DNA of 62,017 nt, the filler included, from Sphacelaria rigidula (taxonomy: Eukaryota): the NCBI GenBank assembly GCA_964200075.2. It is 6 parts of 6 records of this genome, joined end to end, with 100 filler letters (N's around TTAATTAATTAA, not from the genome) between each part and the next. Parts side by side here need not be neighbours in the genome. Positions count along the whole stretch, not along the records: positions 31,063 to 41,314 come from CAXNAA020006854.1; positions 41,415 to 51,666 come from CAXNAA020006855.1; 4 more parts are not named here. The stretch is one strand, 5' to 3'. Positions 38,942-51,766 of this stretch are shown piece after piece. Below the pieces are notes generated by a model. It was not told where the DNA came from. It ran no database searches and saw nothing but the letters and a program-made list of their open reading frames with translations. Every line of letters starts with the position of its first letter. Within the stretch, counting starts at the first letter, position 1. Made by a program: the position numbers and the translations under genes.

Positions 38942-39375
38942 GTGTGGTGATGATCATGCATGTCGTAGTCACAAGACCATTGACCTCGCATCCCTCAAAA
39001 GCCGGGACGGAGCACGGCGGGTGTTTCGCGGGACCAGGCTTGCAATTAATCACCAAGCGCGAAGCGCCGTGATGTGTTCGCCGGGTCGCATGAAGGGTGA
39101 GCGGCATCCTTCCAAGAGTTTTTGGCCCGAAGCCTACTGATTATCTTGCATTTGGATGGCAGCCTCTCATGAGTTGTTTCGTTTTCTGGTATCGCCACTC
39201 GCGCAGACAGCCACGGGTTCCACACTGTCTCATGCGTGTCTCAAAACCTGGTTGCCTAGCTTCCGCAGGGAATGGTGTGTTTTACAGCGTTATTGCCAAC
39301 CGACCTCAACCCCATCGGGGGTCCGTCCTTACGAAGCCGGAGCGGAGCACGCCGGGTTTCGCCGGGCAAGGAAGG
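38942..39375 (+). repeat. Dispersed repeat family E (TGT start, possible LTR)
   Basis: ATGATCATGCATG..CATTGACCT.GCA..AAAGCCGGGAC also at 41415-41537 (-) and 51601-51666 (+). Confidence 0.65.
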
Positions 39376-40025
39376 GAAGGGGATTGAAAGATATGATGAG
39401 CGAAGAAAGGGTAGTGATTAAAAGGGTACTGCAAACGCCATATAACGAAGATTGAGTTAAGGTTCCCACGGCTCTTCAACCTCTGTAGCCACATACATTA
39501 TTTGTTCACATAATGCATACTTGATGATATATCCCTTCCTTTTAGGTACGGTAGAATTACCCTTGAAAAATGACGACGTTTGGGAAGCTGCTGCTCTTGT
39601 CTGTTTTCTAGAAACTCGACGTGTTACCTGTACTCAACAAGGATTGGTCCAGAGAAGGCGAGAAAGAAAAGGTGTATCGTAAGGCGAAGTGAAAAACTAT
39701 GCGCCGTTTTTTAGAAGCATACCGTAACACCTCCACCAACAACCAGCTAATACTGTACTCGTACGTACGTATTTGGTTTTGCTCTGTACTGTCTTCGGCA
39801 TATACAGAACGATACACTTTTGTAATCTAGGGGTACAATAGGTGCAGACTTGTTCACAAAAAGCATCATCGCAAAAAAAAATGGAATACCAGAACTCGCT
39901 GGATTTTTCGTGCGACAAGGAGTATTTTCCTGATTGAAGGGATTGCGGGGGGCAGTTGAGGGCAGGACAACGAAGATGGCATAGAGCAACGAACACACAA
40001 AACGCACAGGCACGAAACGACTCAC

Positions 40026-40173
40026 AGTATAAGAGAATGTTGTTGATCAGCGTCTTGGCTCTGCTGCTCCAATCTGGTAGGCGGGAGTCCTTGACAACGC
40101 TGACAGAGGCGGGGCTTTGCTCGGGATCCGCGGCACTAATCGCCACATTGAAATCACTTCGTCGATACAGATC
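40026..40173 (-). CDS. ABCG-type transporter, visible exon 2 (NBD-TMD linker)
   Basis: acag|GAT...T|gtgagt, 148 bp; DLYRRSDFNVAISAADPEQSPASVSVVKDSRLPDWSSRAKTLINNILLY; phase fits. Confidence 0.85.
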
Positions 40174-40867
40174 CTGTCCAACCACAGACCGGAGAATAAC
40201 AATGGCAGAGTACTGTAGACATGCCAGTAGAGTCATCACTGTAAAAGAGAACCGTACCAGAAAGCATTTTTTTTTTCTTCTTTCTATTTCGCGTCTTATA
40301 TCTTGCCCTGTGTTAGTAGCACAGCTTGATTTGTTAGCGAGCAGTCTGTGTGTGTGTATGTGTGTGTGCATCATTGTTGCGACAGTCGGTGTACAAAATC
40401 TGGGACACCCTCATCACGACGGCATCCTGTCAGGACGTCTCCGTTTGTTTCGGTGCCCTGTGTGTTATGTGTTGTGTGTTGCGTATCGTTGTGTGTGATA
40501 TCTCAGACGAAAAGATGCAGTTTCATATCATGAGACACGTGGCAGACAGGTATGACAGGGTCACGAAAAGGTATCACACGTAGCATGAGAAGCAAAGGAC
40601 GACGAACTCCGACACAATGCAGCACAACACACCCACACCTGAAGGCTGTCCTTACAGCTGACCTTATATGTTTTATTCGGCGCTCGCCACTGTTATAATA
40701 TCCGTCACCACGTGTGATCGGTGTATGATCTGAATCATACACACACATCCACGCACATGTACCCCCCCCCCACCCCCCCCACCTCCCCCTCCCCCGCAGA
40801 CCTCGAAAAAAGCGTGTGATGGTTAACTTCAAGGGCGTAAACTGTTGTCACTGAGCGCTTCTACTAC

Positions 40868-40938
40868 CTGCCACGTGACTCCGTCCTCGGCCGCCACGCG
40901 TTTATCGGGAGGCTTGGAGATCAAGTCCATATAATAGT
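40868..40938 (-). CDS. ABCG-type transporter, visible exon 1 (just after the NPxD motif)
   Basis: acag|AC...CAG|gtagta, 71 bp; DYYMDLISKPPDKRVAAEDGVTWQ; the upstream NBD exons lie beyond the contig end. Confidence 0.8.
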
Positions 40939-41314
40939 CTGTACGCTCAACATTGACAGCGGCGAAAACAGGAAAGGAAGGAACAATGCGTGTGTGGAGA
41001 ATATCACGAAACAACTTCCACACGAGAGCCTGTAGAGAACCCAAGATCTTAGCACGTATAGATATGAAGTAGAACGTGCTTGTTCTGTGCAATATAAGAG
41101 CCTAGTGAGCACAACCTATAACACCGGACAGGCGCTGAACTGGGGGGTCTGAATGGCGACACTTATTACATATATTTGTGAAGAGTTGTCTGAATATGAA
41201 CACAACCAGCGGAGCACAGGGAGGGGGGGGGGGGGGCAAACACTCTGTCAAATGACAAAACCGGCGTAGAAAAGAACTTTGCTGAGGACCCCAAACCCCG
41301 TGAAATGTTGCGCC

Positions 41315-41414
41315 NNNNNNNNNNNNNNNNNNNNNNNNNNNNNNNNNNNNNNNNNNNNTTAATTAATTAANNNNNNNNNNNNNNNNNNNNNNNNNNNNNN
41401 NNNNNNNNNNNNNN
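41315..41414. other. Artificial contig linker 4
   Basis: Same block. Confidence 0.97.
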
Positions 41415-41537
41415 GCCTCGCGCTTGGTGGTTTGAATGTGAGCCTGGTCCGGCGAAAACCCGGCGTGCTCCGTCCTGGCTTTGTAGGGGTGCGAGGTCAA
41501 TGGTCTTAGGGCTATGGCATGCATGATCATGAGTACA
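41415..41537 (-). repeat. Dispersed repeat family E copy
   Basis: Minus strand starts TGTACTCATGATCATGCATGCC, as at 51601. Confidence 0.7.
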
Positions 41538-42030
41538 CTGCTTCCCCTCCCAATCGTAGCGTCACTTCATGTTTGACGTCGATTTCGCATACAACTCGTG
41601 CTACAGCTGCCGCTCGACAGTTTCTCAGACCCGCCGATCGAAGCAGTGGTAGTTCGTAAATAACCATGAGTGCTCTTCGTCTTCACCCTGCATGCTCACA
41701 AACGAGGGAGAATGCAGCTTCCTCCCTCGCCCATCAACGTTGGAACTATTGGAGGTTGATCGCTGTGAGTGCAATGCTATCATGCAGCCTTCAAGTCATG
41801 CATGATCGATACCAAGCGGCCATTCTTGGATCAAGCGCGCAAAAAAACCCGGGGGTAATCAGATGGATATTGCAGCGAAACGAAGGCGAAATGAGCAGAT
41901 ACAAAGGACATTGCGACGTGTGTGCCATTCTTCATCATTTGCATGTGGACACGACAATCGGTTGTATTTTGCCACAGTAGTAGGACACTGACTTGCTGAA
42001 TGCGTGCGACTAATCAGCAAAACTCCAGCG

Positions 42031-42284
42031 TGTAGCCAAAAAATACCAACCCGTAAGGTTTCAGTATAATCGCATCCACGATTGGAGCAGTGGCAGAGGA
42101 CAGGGGATTCTGGATTGATGGCCCTTTTCTGTGTAACTCCTTGCTGTCTGGCTTGTGATCTATAGAGGATCATTCCGAGATAATAACAAGAAAAAAGAAA
42201 GGACTTGTCGAGCACGAGGCCAATGATACTGGAGGATTCCCTCGCTGAAAGTGCTCTTGTCCAGATTGTCTGGCAGAGGCTACA
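42031..42284 (+). repeat. 5' LTR
   Basis: TGTAGCC...GGCTACA; homologous to 47298-47539. Confidence 0.92.
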
Positions 42285-42543
42285 AAGTCTGGATATTACT
42301 CTCGGCACACTGTTGGAGGAGTTTAGTCGAGGAGGAGGGGCCGCAGCTAGAAGCAGTTTGGCCCGCAGACGGGAAGAGACCAACGTGAAGCGCACAGCGG
42401 GGGAGGACGCTCCGTGGGCTGGAGGACGCACAAGTCAGGCAAGAGTCTCTCCGTGAAGTGTTTGTATCCTAGACGACATGGATCAAGCGGCGGCAGCGCC
42501 GCTGGTGTTAGGTGAGCCGCTAGACCCGCCAAAGTAAAGCGAG

Positions 42544-43487
42544 GTGTGGACCGAGGAAGCATCACGAGTTTTTCACGCCGCGTATCTCGTCTACATAGAG
42601 CGTTTGTACCGTGCAAATGAGCAAGGAGTTGTAAGGCATGCTAGGGTGAGCATTGGACAACTCATCCCTACATACGTACACCGGTGCTTTGAAGGCATGT
42701 ACAAGGACCGTCGTGCTATGACCCCTGAGGAATTGCTAGATGCTGTGAAGCATCATGCCGGGTACACCAAGACCAGTAGTGGTACACATGATACTGCGCG
42801 AGCTGCAGCAGACCTGCATAGAGTGCTTACAATGCAGTAAAGCTGTGGAGCATCCGTCGAGGATAGAGCGATGATGGTTAACTCATCGATGGAAACGTTT
42901 TTCGCTGAAAACCTGACGGTGCACGCCATGTACCGTGCGGAGGACAGGAGCTGGTTGCCAGGCCCGGCCGAGTCGATTTCCACAGCTTTCGTGGCCGGGA
43001 TTTGCCTCCGGAATTCAAGGCGTATGTCAGAAGCGTACTGGCGTATGTAGACGGCTGGAATCCGACCGTGGCGTTCAACAAGATATTTGATGCCGCCGAC
43101 CACTGGAAGGTCATCGAGGCGCATGACTGGCGCGACTCTGCGGCAAGTGCAAGTGGTGCGCGCCGCAAAAAACAACAGCAACAGAAACAGCAGCCGTCTT
43201 CGCGAGCGTCGTCCACTCGCGCATGTTACAACTGCGGCGACGACGGGCACCTGATGAACGATTGCCCCAAGCCTCGCGCTCAAGGCGCTGCTCAAGGAAA
43301 TGCGCGAGATTTATCAGGATCTCGCGGCGGTCGCCACGGTGGACGGGGCCGTGCCAATCACGGACGCGGGCGCGGCGGCCGCAGTAGCAACCGGCGCCGG
43401 ATGGTAGTTCCTCCGCTGCTGTTTCTTCCACTACGCCATCAGGTGGTGACTCTGGATCTCCTTGTTCGTCCGTGTCGGGGCGGATAG
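42544..43487 (+). pseudogene. gag (disrupted) with CCHC zinc knuckle
   Basis: CYNCGDDGHLMNDC followed by an RG-rich tail; stop at 42840 and a frameshift. Confidence 0.85.
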
Positions 43488-43749
43488 TGTACGTGGGAAA
43501 TGTAAATGCTTCGGTGGGGAGTGCCGGAGCGAATAGTTCGTATCCCCCCGGTCAGGCAGGATCCGTGTCTGGTGCACCTCCTACTGCTGCGACGGCTGTA
43601 ACAGCGCCATCTTCATATTCGGCGACGTGGTCTGGGTGGACCGCCGATTCTCAATTATCGATGCCAAGTACTGGAGCGCAGCCCTGGCGTCAGGTGGCTC
43701 TTGGTACCGACCAGGGTTCTTCGGCAGGCGTGGTACCTGTAGATAGCAA

Positions 43750-46700
43750 GGCTGAATGTTTACTCGCAGATCTTTCCTTGCCTGGTTCCGTAGGTTCGTT
43801 CATGGCCCGCGTTATTCTGGATTCTGGGTTCGCGCTCACGTCGATCGGTGTGGATTTGCTGGAACGAATGTCTTCGCAGTTTGGCGGCGCTCAGCTGCAG
43901 ATTCCGTTCGAAAACGGAGCACAAACGGCGCAGACCGCCGCGGGTACTCCCGTGACGGTTACACATAAAAGGTGCCGATTGCTGTTAGCGTGCGTACGCC
44001 GTGGGGGGCTGTGGAGATGCGGCCTATCATTTTCGCTGTCATGCCCGGTAGGGACAACGTGGTTCTGTTTGGGATGGCGACGATGAAGGAGCTCGGGATC
44101 GATTTGTACCCGCTGGCGTTAGAAAGGTTACGCCGGCGTGCTGTGCCGGTGTAAACCGGCGTGGAAAACCCCAGCAACCTTGCTGCGAGGCGTGTGACCG
44201 TATCCGTACGGTCATTCCAGAGAGCCGATGAGGAGGAGGCTCCTGCGGATAAAGCGGTGGAGCGCTTGCTCGATCGGGGGCCCGACATGTTCATAGACCC
44301 TGCGGAGGAGGGAGGTGTGCGAGAACGTGCGCTCGAGGATAGCGTGCAGCAGGCTGAGCAAAAAGGCCTGAGCGCCGATGGCGCATATCGTCTGCGTGAT
44401 ATTCTGGCTCGTCGCGTGGATACATTTCGTCGTGCACTACGTGGTGATCCGCCAGCGCGCATGGGGCCAATGAGCGTGCAGCTCAAGCCACAGGCGAAGG
44501 CTGTGAAGGCTAAGCCTCGCCGTTACGATTCAGTGAAGACCGGGTGGCTTGCTTCATGCTTCGCAGCTTTGGTGACATTTGGTTTGTTGTTTAGGAACAT
44601 CCAGGCTGTGTGGGCGAGTCCGGCGATGGCGTTGCCGGAGCGGGACACATTCCGTTTGGCCAGCGACTACCAGGCGGTAAACGCGCAAGTAACACAGTCT
44701 CCGGGGGTGGTGCCAAGCCAAGAAGACACGCGAGAGTTGCTGGGAACCCAATTGTTCGGCAAGTTGGACCTGTTCCAGGGGTACTGGCAGATGCCTCTGG
44801 CGCGTGGAGAGTGTTGGTCTCTTGGTCGATGCGCATAAGTACACCTTCTTTGCCCGCGAAGTGGTCTGGTGTGGTAAGGTGTACTCCAAGGGTATTGTTT
44901 CGCATGATCCTGTCAGCATCCAAGGTTTGAGCAGTATGCGACGTCTTCAAACCGCCAGTGAGCTGATGCAGTTTCTGCAGGCAGTGAATTGGTTGCGGAC
45001 TTTGCTCCCGCGCATGGCGGAAGTAGTTGCGCCGCTTCGTGTTTTTTAGGAACAACTCATGGTAGGGGCTTCGCGTCGGACCAAGCGGGTGGCGCGTAAT
45101 CGTATCATTCCGGAGGACGCCTGGACGGAGGATCGTGTGCGGGCATGGCGTGCTGCGCAAGATTTGGTGGCGCAAGCGGTGCCGCTGTATCATCCTCGTC
45201 CAGGGTGCATTGTTCTGATGTTTCCAGATGCTTCGGATTTCCACTGGGGTAGTATTTTAACGCAAGTGCCTGTCGCAGTTTAGTAGTGACATTGCGATCG
45301 GAAACATGTCACACAAACCGTTGGCTTTTCTGAGTGGTAGCTTCAAGGGTTCACAGTTGCGGTGGGCGACAGTGGACAAAGAAGGTTTCGAGACAGTCAA
45401 TACATTTTGAAGGCTAGAGTACTTGCTTTGGGGTGGTGTTCGCATTTTCACCAAACATCGCAAGCTGAAATACATGCTTAACCCTGAAGAGTGTGTCACA
45501 TCGGTGACGACGGCCACGGCGCAACGACTTGAAAACTGGAAAGGAGTACTCGGCCAATATCGGTATGTCATTGAACACATTTCTGGAGAGCGCAATTCTT
45601 AGGGAGATTTGTTGTCTCGCTGGGTGAAGGTTCTTGCCGTGCCTGCTCGTTCTGTTGCCGTGTACAGTCCGTGTGATGCCGATGATTCGCTGCCCTCGTT
45701 AGGTGTCATTCGTACCGCGCAGCGCAAAACAGTCGGAGACGGTCTTCGTTTTTTTCCGACGACTTTCGGTCAAGCTGCCTTGGCTGACGATGGGTTGTTT
45801 CTCGTGTGTTGGCAGTAGTGATGTTTTGTGGATTCCGTCGGATGATGAGAGTCTACAAACTCGCTTGATGGTGTGCGCTCACGTGCGGTCGACTGATCAC
45901 CGTGGTGTGACACTGATCCTGTTTCGTTCGAAAGAATGCTGCGTGTGGCCTCACATAAATCCCCACGTTTGCGAAATCGTTCGCCAGTGTTCGCGTTGTG
46001 TAGACTCTCGTGCTGGTGCAATGGTACGTCGTCCGTATGACGATACTGTGCATGGTAATTCGCCAGATGACGTTGTTCACTTTGATTTTCTGTGCGTCGG
46101 AAGTAGCGGACCTGAAGGTGCTAATGGTTTGCCTGAGGAGGATGGTTTTCGGTACCTTTTGGTTATCATAGATGATTTGTCCAATTTCCTTTGCTTGGAG
46201 CCGACCGAGGCTTGCATCGCCGAGGTTACGGCTAAGGACTTGCTCCATTGGTGCAAAACTTTGGGGGTGCCGCGTGTGTGGGTCAGTGATACCGCCACGT
46301 ACTTCAAGAATCAAGTGATCGCGCAGCTGAGCGACGCCCTCAAGGTGCAACACCAGTTTGCTGCGTTGCGTCTACCCCTTGGCCGAATGGTGCATGTGAG
46401 CGCATGGTGAAAGAGGTTATTCATACGTTGCGGTCCATTTTGTCGGAACAAAGACGGCCGGTGTCTGAATGGGTTGATGTTTTGCCAGACGCTCAGTGGG
46501 CGTTGAATACTTCTTCTCGTGAACGCTACCGTAACCCTCCGCATTTTGTGGTGTTTCGGCGTGCGTCGCGTACAGCGTTTTCCGCGCTTGTTTCCGTCAC
46601 TGGCGGTGAGTGGAACGTCGATGTCATGGATGCTGATACGTTGCGTGACGAGCTTCGAGGCGTGGTTGACGAGCAGGTGCGGATTTGTAACGAAGTGCGA

Positions 46701-47291
46701 GCTGCTGTCGCGGTATCTCGCGAGACCAAACGCAAGCTTGCTCAGGGCCAGGCTGTGTTGCCCAGGTTTGCAGTTGGAGATTTTGTCTCGTATGTCCACG
46801 TTCGTGGGCAAGGTGTGACGCCAAATTTGATGTCCGCGTGGACAGGTCCGTGGCGAGTGGTCGGATCCGATAACGCCCACGTGTATTCGGTGCAGAACAG
46901 ACGTCGTACACTCGGCGGATGTCGCTCTCGTTTCTATGCTGACTCGCAGTTACACACCACTTCGGAACTAAAAGATGTATTTCAGCATTCGTATGCTCAA
47001 GGTGAATGTCGGATGAATGCTTCGGTGCACGTCGCTGAGGATGGCAATGGTGATGTAATTGTTTTGGTCGATTGGGATGGGGTCGGTGCTGAAGGACGTA
47101 CGTGGGAGTTTCTTCGCAAGATACCTTCTTTTGCGCCTGAATTTGTGTGGAAGGAACTGCGTAAACTGCGGTTGACTCGGGCGCTGCCAAGTAAATTAGC
47201 GCTGGAGTACGATATCTCATCTGGCACATGCGATTCCGCCTTGGTTTTTGTTGGTTATCAAGCTCGTTCGTTTGTCTTGAACTCGCTCTGA
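43750..47291 (+). pseudogene. pol (PR, RT with internal deletion, RNase H, integrase, chromodomain), disrupted
   Basis: ILDSGFALTSI..VLFGM; WASPAM..DYQAVN..KLDLFQGYWQMPL; FPDASD; HFDFL..IIDDLS..WVSDTA; VLVDWDGVGAEGRTWEFL. Confidence 0.92.
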
Positions 47292-47297
47292 GGGTGC

Positions 47298-47539
47298 TGC
47301 AGCCAAATGATACCAAGCCGTCAGGTTTCAGTATAATCACATGCATGATTGGAGCAGTGGCAGGGGACCGGGGCTTTTCTGTGTGGCCCCGTGCTGTGTG
47401 ACTCGTGATCTGTTGAGGATCACGCCGTGAAAATAGCAAGTTAGAAGAAATGACTTGTCGAGCTCGAGGCCAGTGATACTGAAGGAGTCCCTTGCTGAAA
47501 GTCCTCTTGTCCAGATCAGGCCGTCTGGCAGAGGCTACA
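47298..47539 (+). repeat. 3' LTR
   Basis: TGCAGCC...GGCTACA followed by the TSD AGCG. Confidence 0.92.
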
Positions 47540-48670
47540 AGCGATACAACATATATTCACGAAAAAGATGCCGAGCACCCACACTCATCTGGTTCCTGTG
47601 GTGTAAAATGATTTCCACCTTTCTTGCTGCCAACAACACGGCCGCGAAACACGTGCTTCAAACCGCGGAAATCGCGGATAATGTTCTTCACTCAATGCAC
47701 TCATGGACCCAGACGAAGGGAGAGAGGGTTTAACTCGCGTGTTGGTCGCTCTGTGCTCGACAAATTTCCGATGCCAAATAACCCACGACATGTGCACACC
47801 CTACACGATTCTTTCGAATCTGTAGCAGAGAAATACCAGAATAAGACATGAACGATTCGGGTGTTGCTGCCCACCCGAAAAGTAGTCTGCCCGCCTGGAC
47901 GAATGCGCTGCGACGCCCTACAAAATCCATGCGCCCCATCGCTCCCTCTGACTTTGGCCTCTCCGCCTTTTCTTTTCTTTTTTCTCATTTGCTCAACGTA
48001 TCGCCGTGTTTCTCCCACCCACACAATAAAAAACACTGCAATGGCACACTCACCGAAGAGATCGATGTCGTACATTGTCACCCCCGTTACCACCTGTGGA
48101 ACATTAACCAGTTGCCACTGTGTGTTGAGATAACGTACACACGGGAAGGCAGGGCGGGGACGGGATGAAGAATCGATCAAATACGGCGTTGGTTTCCTTG
48201 CTAGCTGTATTCGAGTGATTCAGATACTCAGTCATGCTGGATCTACGTAAAACAAGGGATGGGGGGTGACGCACGAGTACTGGCAGTCAAGTGTGTGCAA
48301 ATGTGGTACAGTACGGAAAACGGGGTGCACGTGTTGCCCCTACCCGACCGCGCTCATCAGCTTCCCTCTTATTCAGCACTCTCCCAAGTTACCGTATTCT
48401 TGGGTGCTCTCTGATAAAAAAATATTTTAAACCATTACCTGTGCCTGAGTCAAGAATACAGTGATCAATCGAGTGGGCAAGTATGGCTGGGAACGATGAT
48501 ACCGCTTTATCTCCTGTAGAGAAAATAGATGGACTGGCAAATCAAATTGAGAACATAATGAGCCTTTTCAGCGGTTAATTCAGCACATTGGTCTAGTTAG
48601 GGACGTACAGTCTCAGCAAACTATACTACAGAGCAATGTAGATGGCACAGAAGATCAAGAGTCCGGGGGG

Positions 48671-49798
48671 GTGCGGTGGAGCGGCATCATCGAAAGCGAA
48701 GAAGATCAAGCACACAACACCACCAGGCTGACAGCTCAGCCGACCATAGCACACCTCGAGGACGAAGACGTAGCCGCGAGGGCGAGCAGGGAGCTCCGAG
48801 CGGGAGCGACCACAGGACAGCAAGCGACGCAGCAAGGGGTAGAGACCCCGCAAGTGAGTCCGTCGCAGTGTTCGGTCATGATAGACCAAATATCCAAAAT
48901 GTTTCTGGGGTGCCGTTTTTTTAAGGCTACTGTACCCAAGTTCTCTGGAACGAGTTCAGAGTTCTCCCACTACAAACACGAGCTCATCAATTTTGGAAGA
49001 AGTGAAGCAGTTGACTGGGTATTTACCATGTCGGAAGATAGTTCGCACGATGTGGAGGTGGGAAACACGGAAGTATCCATGAGTTTTCTAGAGACAAGGC
49101 ATGGTAAGGGCACTGTAGCTGCAAACATCAGAGCGAGGCAGATGCTAGGGGCGAGCCTAGAACACAAACGGGACCGGGATACGCTGTTCCGAATTCCTTC
49201 TCCTGCAGCTGTGTGGAGTGGGTTGAATGAACTTTACAGTCCCAAGACCAACGGAGCTACGCTAGCACTGTTGGACAAGTATGACCATGAGAAGATTGGC
49301 TTTCGTGATGATCCGATCCAGACATTGATCGAGATGGAAGAAGTGGCGACAGAGTTGCAATCACACGACACCACCATCAACCTGACGGGGGCGCATATCC
49401 TCCTGGAATTTGCCAATGCACTTCCCTGTGAGTATAACTTCCGGAAGCAAGCGCTGGAGGAGCGCGAGGGGCCACTCACGAGGGAAATCGTGGTAGCGTC
49501 GGTTCGAAAACGCTTCGAATCGGCACTTTTAAAGCGGGAACTAGCCGAGGGGGAGAAGGTTCTTTCAAGCGACCAGGCCCTTGCTGTCAAGGGACAATCC
49601 GGCAAACCTAACGGCTCACGCCGGAAAGGAAAACCGGGGAAGACCCAGGACCCAGGTCGCGGAGGTGACGGGGACCAGAGCAAAAACAGCCAGTCGCCGA
49701 CTTCATCGTCAACGAGCCAGTCGGGGGCTGCGACGACGTGGCGATGCCCGATGCCTCGTTTGTCAGAAGATGACACATCGAGCGGGAGACTGTCCTGA
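48671..49798 (+). pseudogene. copia gag (frameshifted before the zinc knuckles)
   Basis: VPKFSGT..SPAAVWSGLNELYSP..ILLEFANALPCEY copia-gag pattern; the knuckles continue in another frame. Confidence 0.8.
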
Positions 49799-51566
49799 CA
49801 GGTATTGCGGGAAGTGCCGTGAGAGAGGACACCAGTTGATTGACCGTCAGAGTACTGTAGAGGACGCGGCGATGATGATGGGCGTGGTGGGAGACTTCGT
49901 CGACGACGACTCCGTCTGTTCGGATGCTGATGGAGAAGCGTTGACCAGCATCGACATGACAATGGCCAAAGACAACACAGCCGAGTGTGCGGTTGTTCCT
50001 GGGATGGGGGGTGTAGAGAAGTCAGATGGGGGCGAATCGCGGTTACTTGACACGGGGGCCACTTCGCATTTTTCGCCTGGTTCGAGTAAGAAGACGAGTT
50101 GCAGAAAATGCAGTGATGGGGTACTGCGGTGTGCGGGCGGTGGGACCTACCCGATCGTGGGAAGAGGTAGTTCGACTCTCTCTTTACGATCTGACGGACG
50201 TGATGTAGTTCTACATTTGAAAAACGTAGACCACGTACCTTGTGTCCGTCATCATCTAATGTCATTGACCAGGATCTCAAACACAGGACACACCTACATC
50301 GGGTCTAGTAACGGCTTCCGGGTTGAGTTGAAGCCAGGCAACACCCTGAAAACCCCCGGTCAGCATAGACAGCTGTACGCCCAACACATCCATCGTAACG
50401 GTCGTGACAAGCATGCGTCAGCATGCGCCGTGATTGCCCCGGGGGATCTACCTACCCTCCGAGTTATTGATATCAACGACTTCCACTGCCGCCCCGCGCA
50501 CGCCCACGAAGACCTGCTCCGGCAGACAGCGAAGCAGCTCGGAGTGGAGCTGCGCGGCAAGTTGAGTGCTGGCCGAGGATGCTCGGAAGGGAAAGGAGTG
50601 CGACGGTCCATTCCAAGATCGACTCATACACGAGCACTTAAGCCCGCGTCTAGAGTGTTCGTTGATTTTACAGGGCCAAAACCACTTAGATCCCGGGACG
50701 GAAAGTGGTACATGATGATGGTTTGTGATGACTACTCCCGGTACACTAGAGTGTACTTTCTGCGCACAAAGGACGAGGCCGAACAGTACTTCAGTAAGTA
50801 CATCGTAGAGATTCACCCGCGAAAAGTTGAGAGGGTTCCCAGTGACGATGGAGGTGAATTCTCGGAGGGTGCGCTGGAAGAACTAGGCGATAAGGAGAAA
50901 ATCAAGCAAAAGAAAACAACTGCCGACTACCCACAGTACAACGGTGTAGCAGAATGTGCAATTGGCATCATAGAGTCGGCCGGCCTGGCGGCCAATTTTC
51001 AGGCATCGGAAATGTACCCGAACCAGAATATCCCGAGTGGCAAGAATCTGTCGGCGGAACAAGCTAACTGGGAATGCCATGCTTTGAACTGCACTGCGAC
51101 CTCGGCTAATCCAGGCAGCAAGACGCCAGATGAAATGTGGCATGGAGTACGACCGGCAAACAACCTTTTCCCGTTTCTAAAACCTGGGTTTTGCAGGATT
51201 CAGATGACACACAACTTACAGGGAAAATCTCAGAGGTGCTGGTACCTTGGTCCAGCCCCAGGATACCCGCGCGATGCTGTGAAAGTGACGACGGAAACAG
51301 GGCGAATCATTGCGACCAGGCGCGTAATATGGGTGTATGTCTCCCCTACTCCTTTCCCGCCCCACAGCAAGCGATCCCGACGCCCGGCGGAGGAAGGGAT
51401 GGCCACATCGAAGGAGGGCCGGCAGACAGCGAGTCCGCGGAGCGAACACCAGTTGCGCGTGCTCCATCACGCGGTTCAAGTTCGCGTGTCGTTCTTACTC
51501 CTGAACTCCGAACGGGATGCAGACGACGCCACACCGCACAGCCCCAAATTGGCGGGGGGGGGGTGA
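49581..51566 (+). pseudogene. copia zinc knuckle, aspartic protease and integrase
   Basis: CLVCQKMTHRAGDC; LLDTGATSHF; FHCRPAH; VFVDFTGP..CDDYSRYTRVYFL..SDDGGEF..PQYNGVAE. Confidence 0.9.
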
Positions 51567-51666
51567 GATGATCCCGCCGTCTCCTTGCAGAGGCGGGGGG
51601 TGTACTCATGATCATGCATGCCATAGTTATCAGATCATTGACCTTGCATCCTTACAAAGCCGGGAC

Positions 51667-51766
51667 NNNNNNNNNNNNNNNNNNNNNNNNNNNNNNNNNN
51701 NNNNNNNNNNTTAATTAATTAANNNNNNNNNNNNNNNNNNNNNNNNNNNNNNNNNNNNNNNNNNNN
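51667..51766. other. Artificial contig linker 5
   Basis: Same block. Confidence 0.97.

Larger units (their letters stand above)
42031..47539 (+). mobile_element. Full-length but decayed Ty3/gypsy (chromovirus-type) LTR retrotransposon
   Basis: Two LTRs, 4-bp TSD AGCG (42027-42030, 47540-47543), domain order gag-PR-RT-RH-INT-chromo, multiple stops and frameshifts. Confidence 0.95.
48671..51566 (+). mobile_element. Ty1/copia retrotransposon fragment (gag-PR-INT, no RT/RH visible)
   Basis: Protease is followed directly by GAG-pre-integrase and integrase, the copia domain order. Confidence 0.92.

Noticed and set aside
30159..41314. MSH2-ABCG gene cluster or fusion
   Set aside because: The genes lie on different contigs separated by an artificial linker.
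48332..48600. 5' LTR and PBS of the copia element (TGTTG...CAGCA, then TGGTCTAG)
   Set aside because: The motifs are suggestive, but no second copy in the contig confirms the boundaries.
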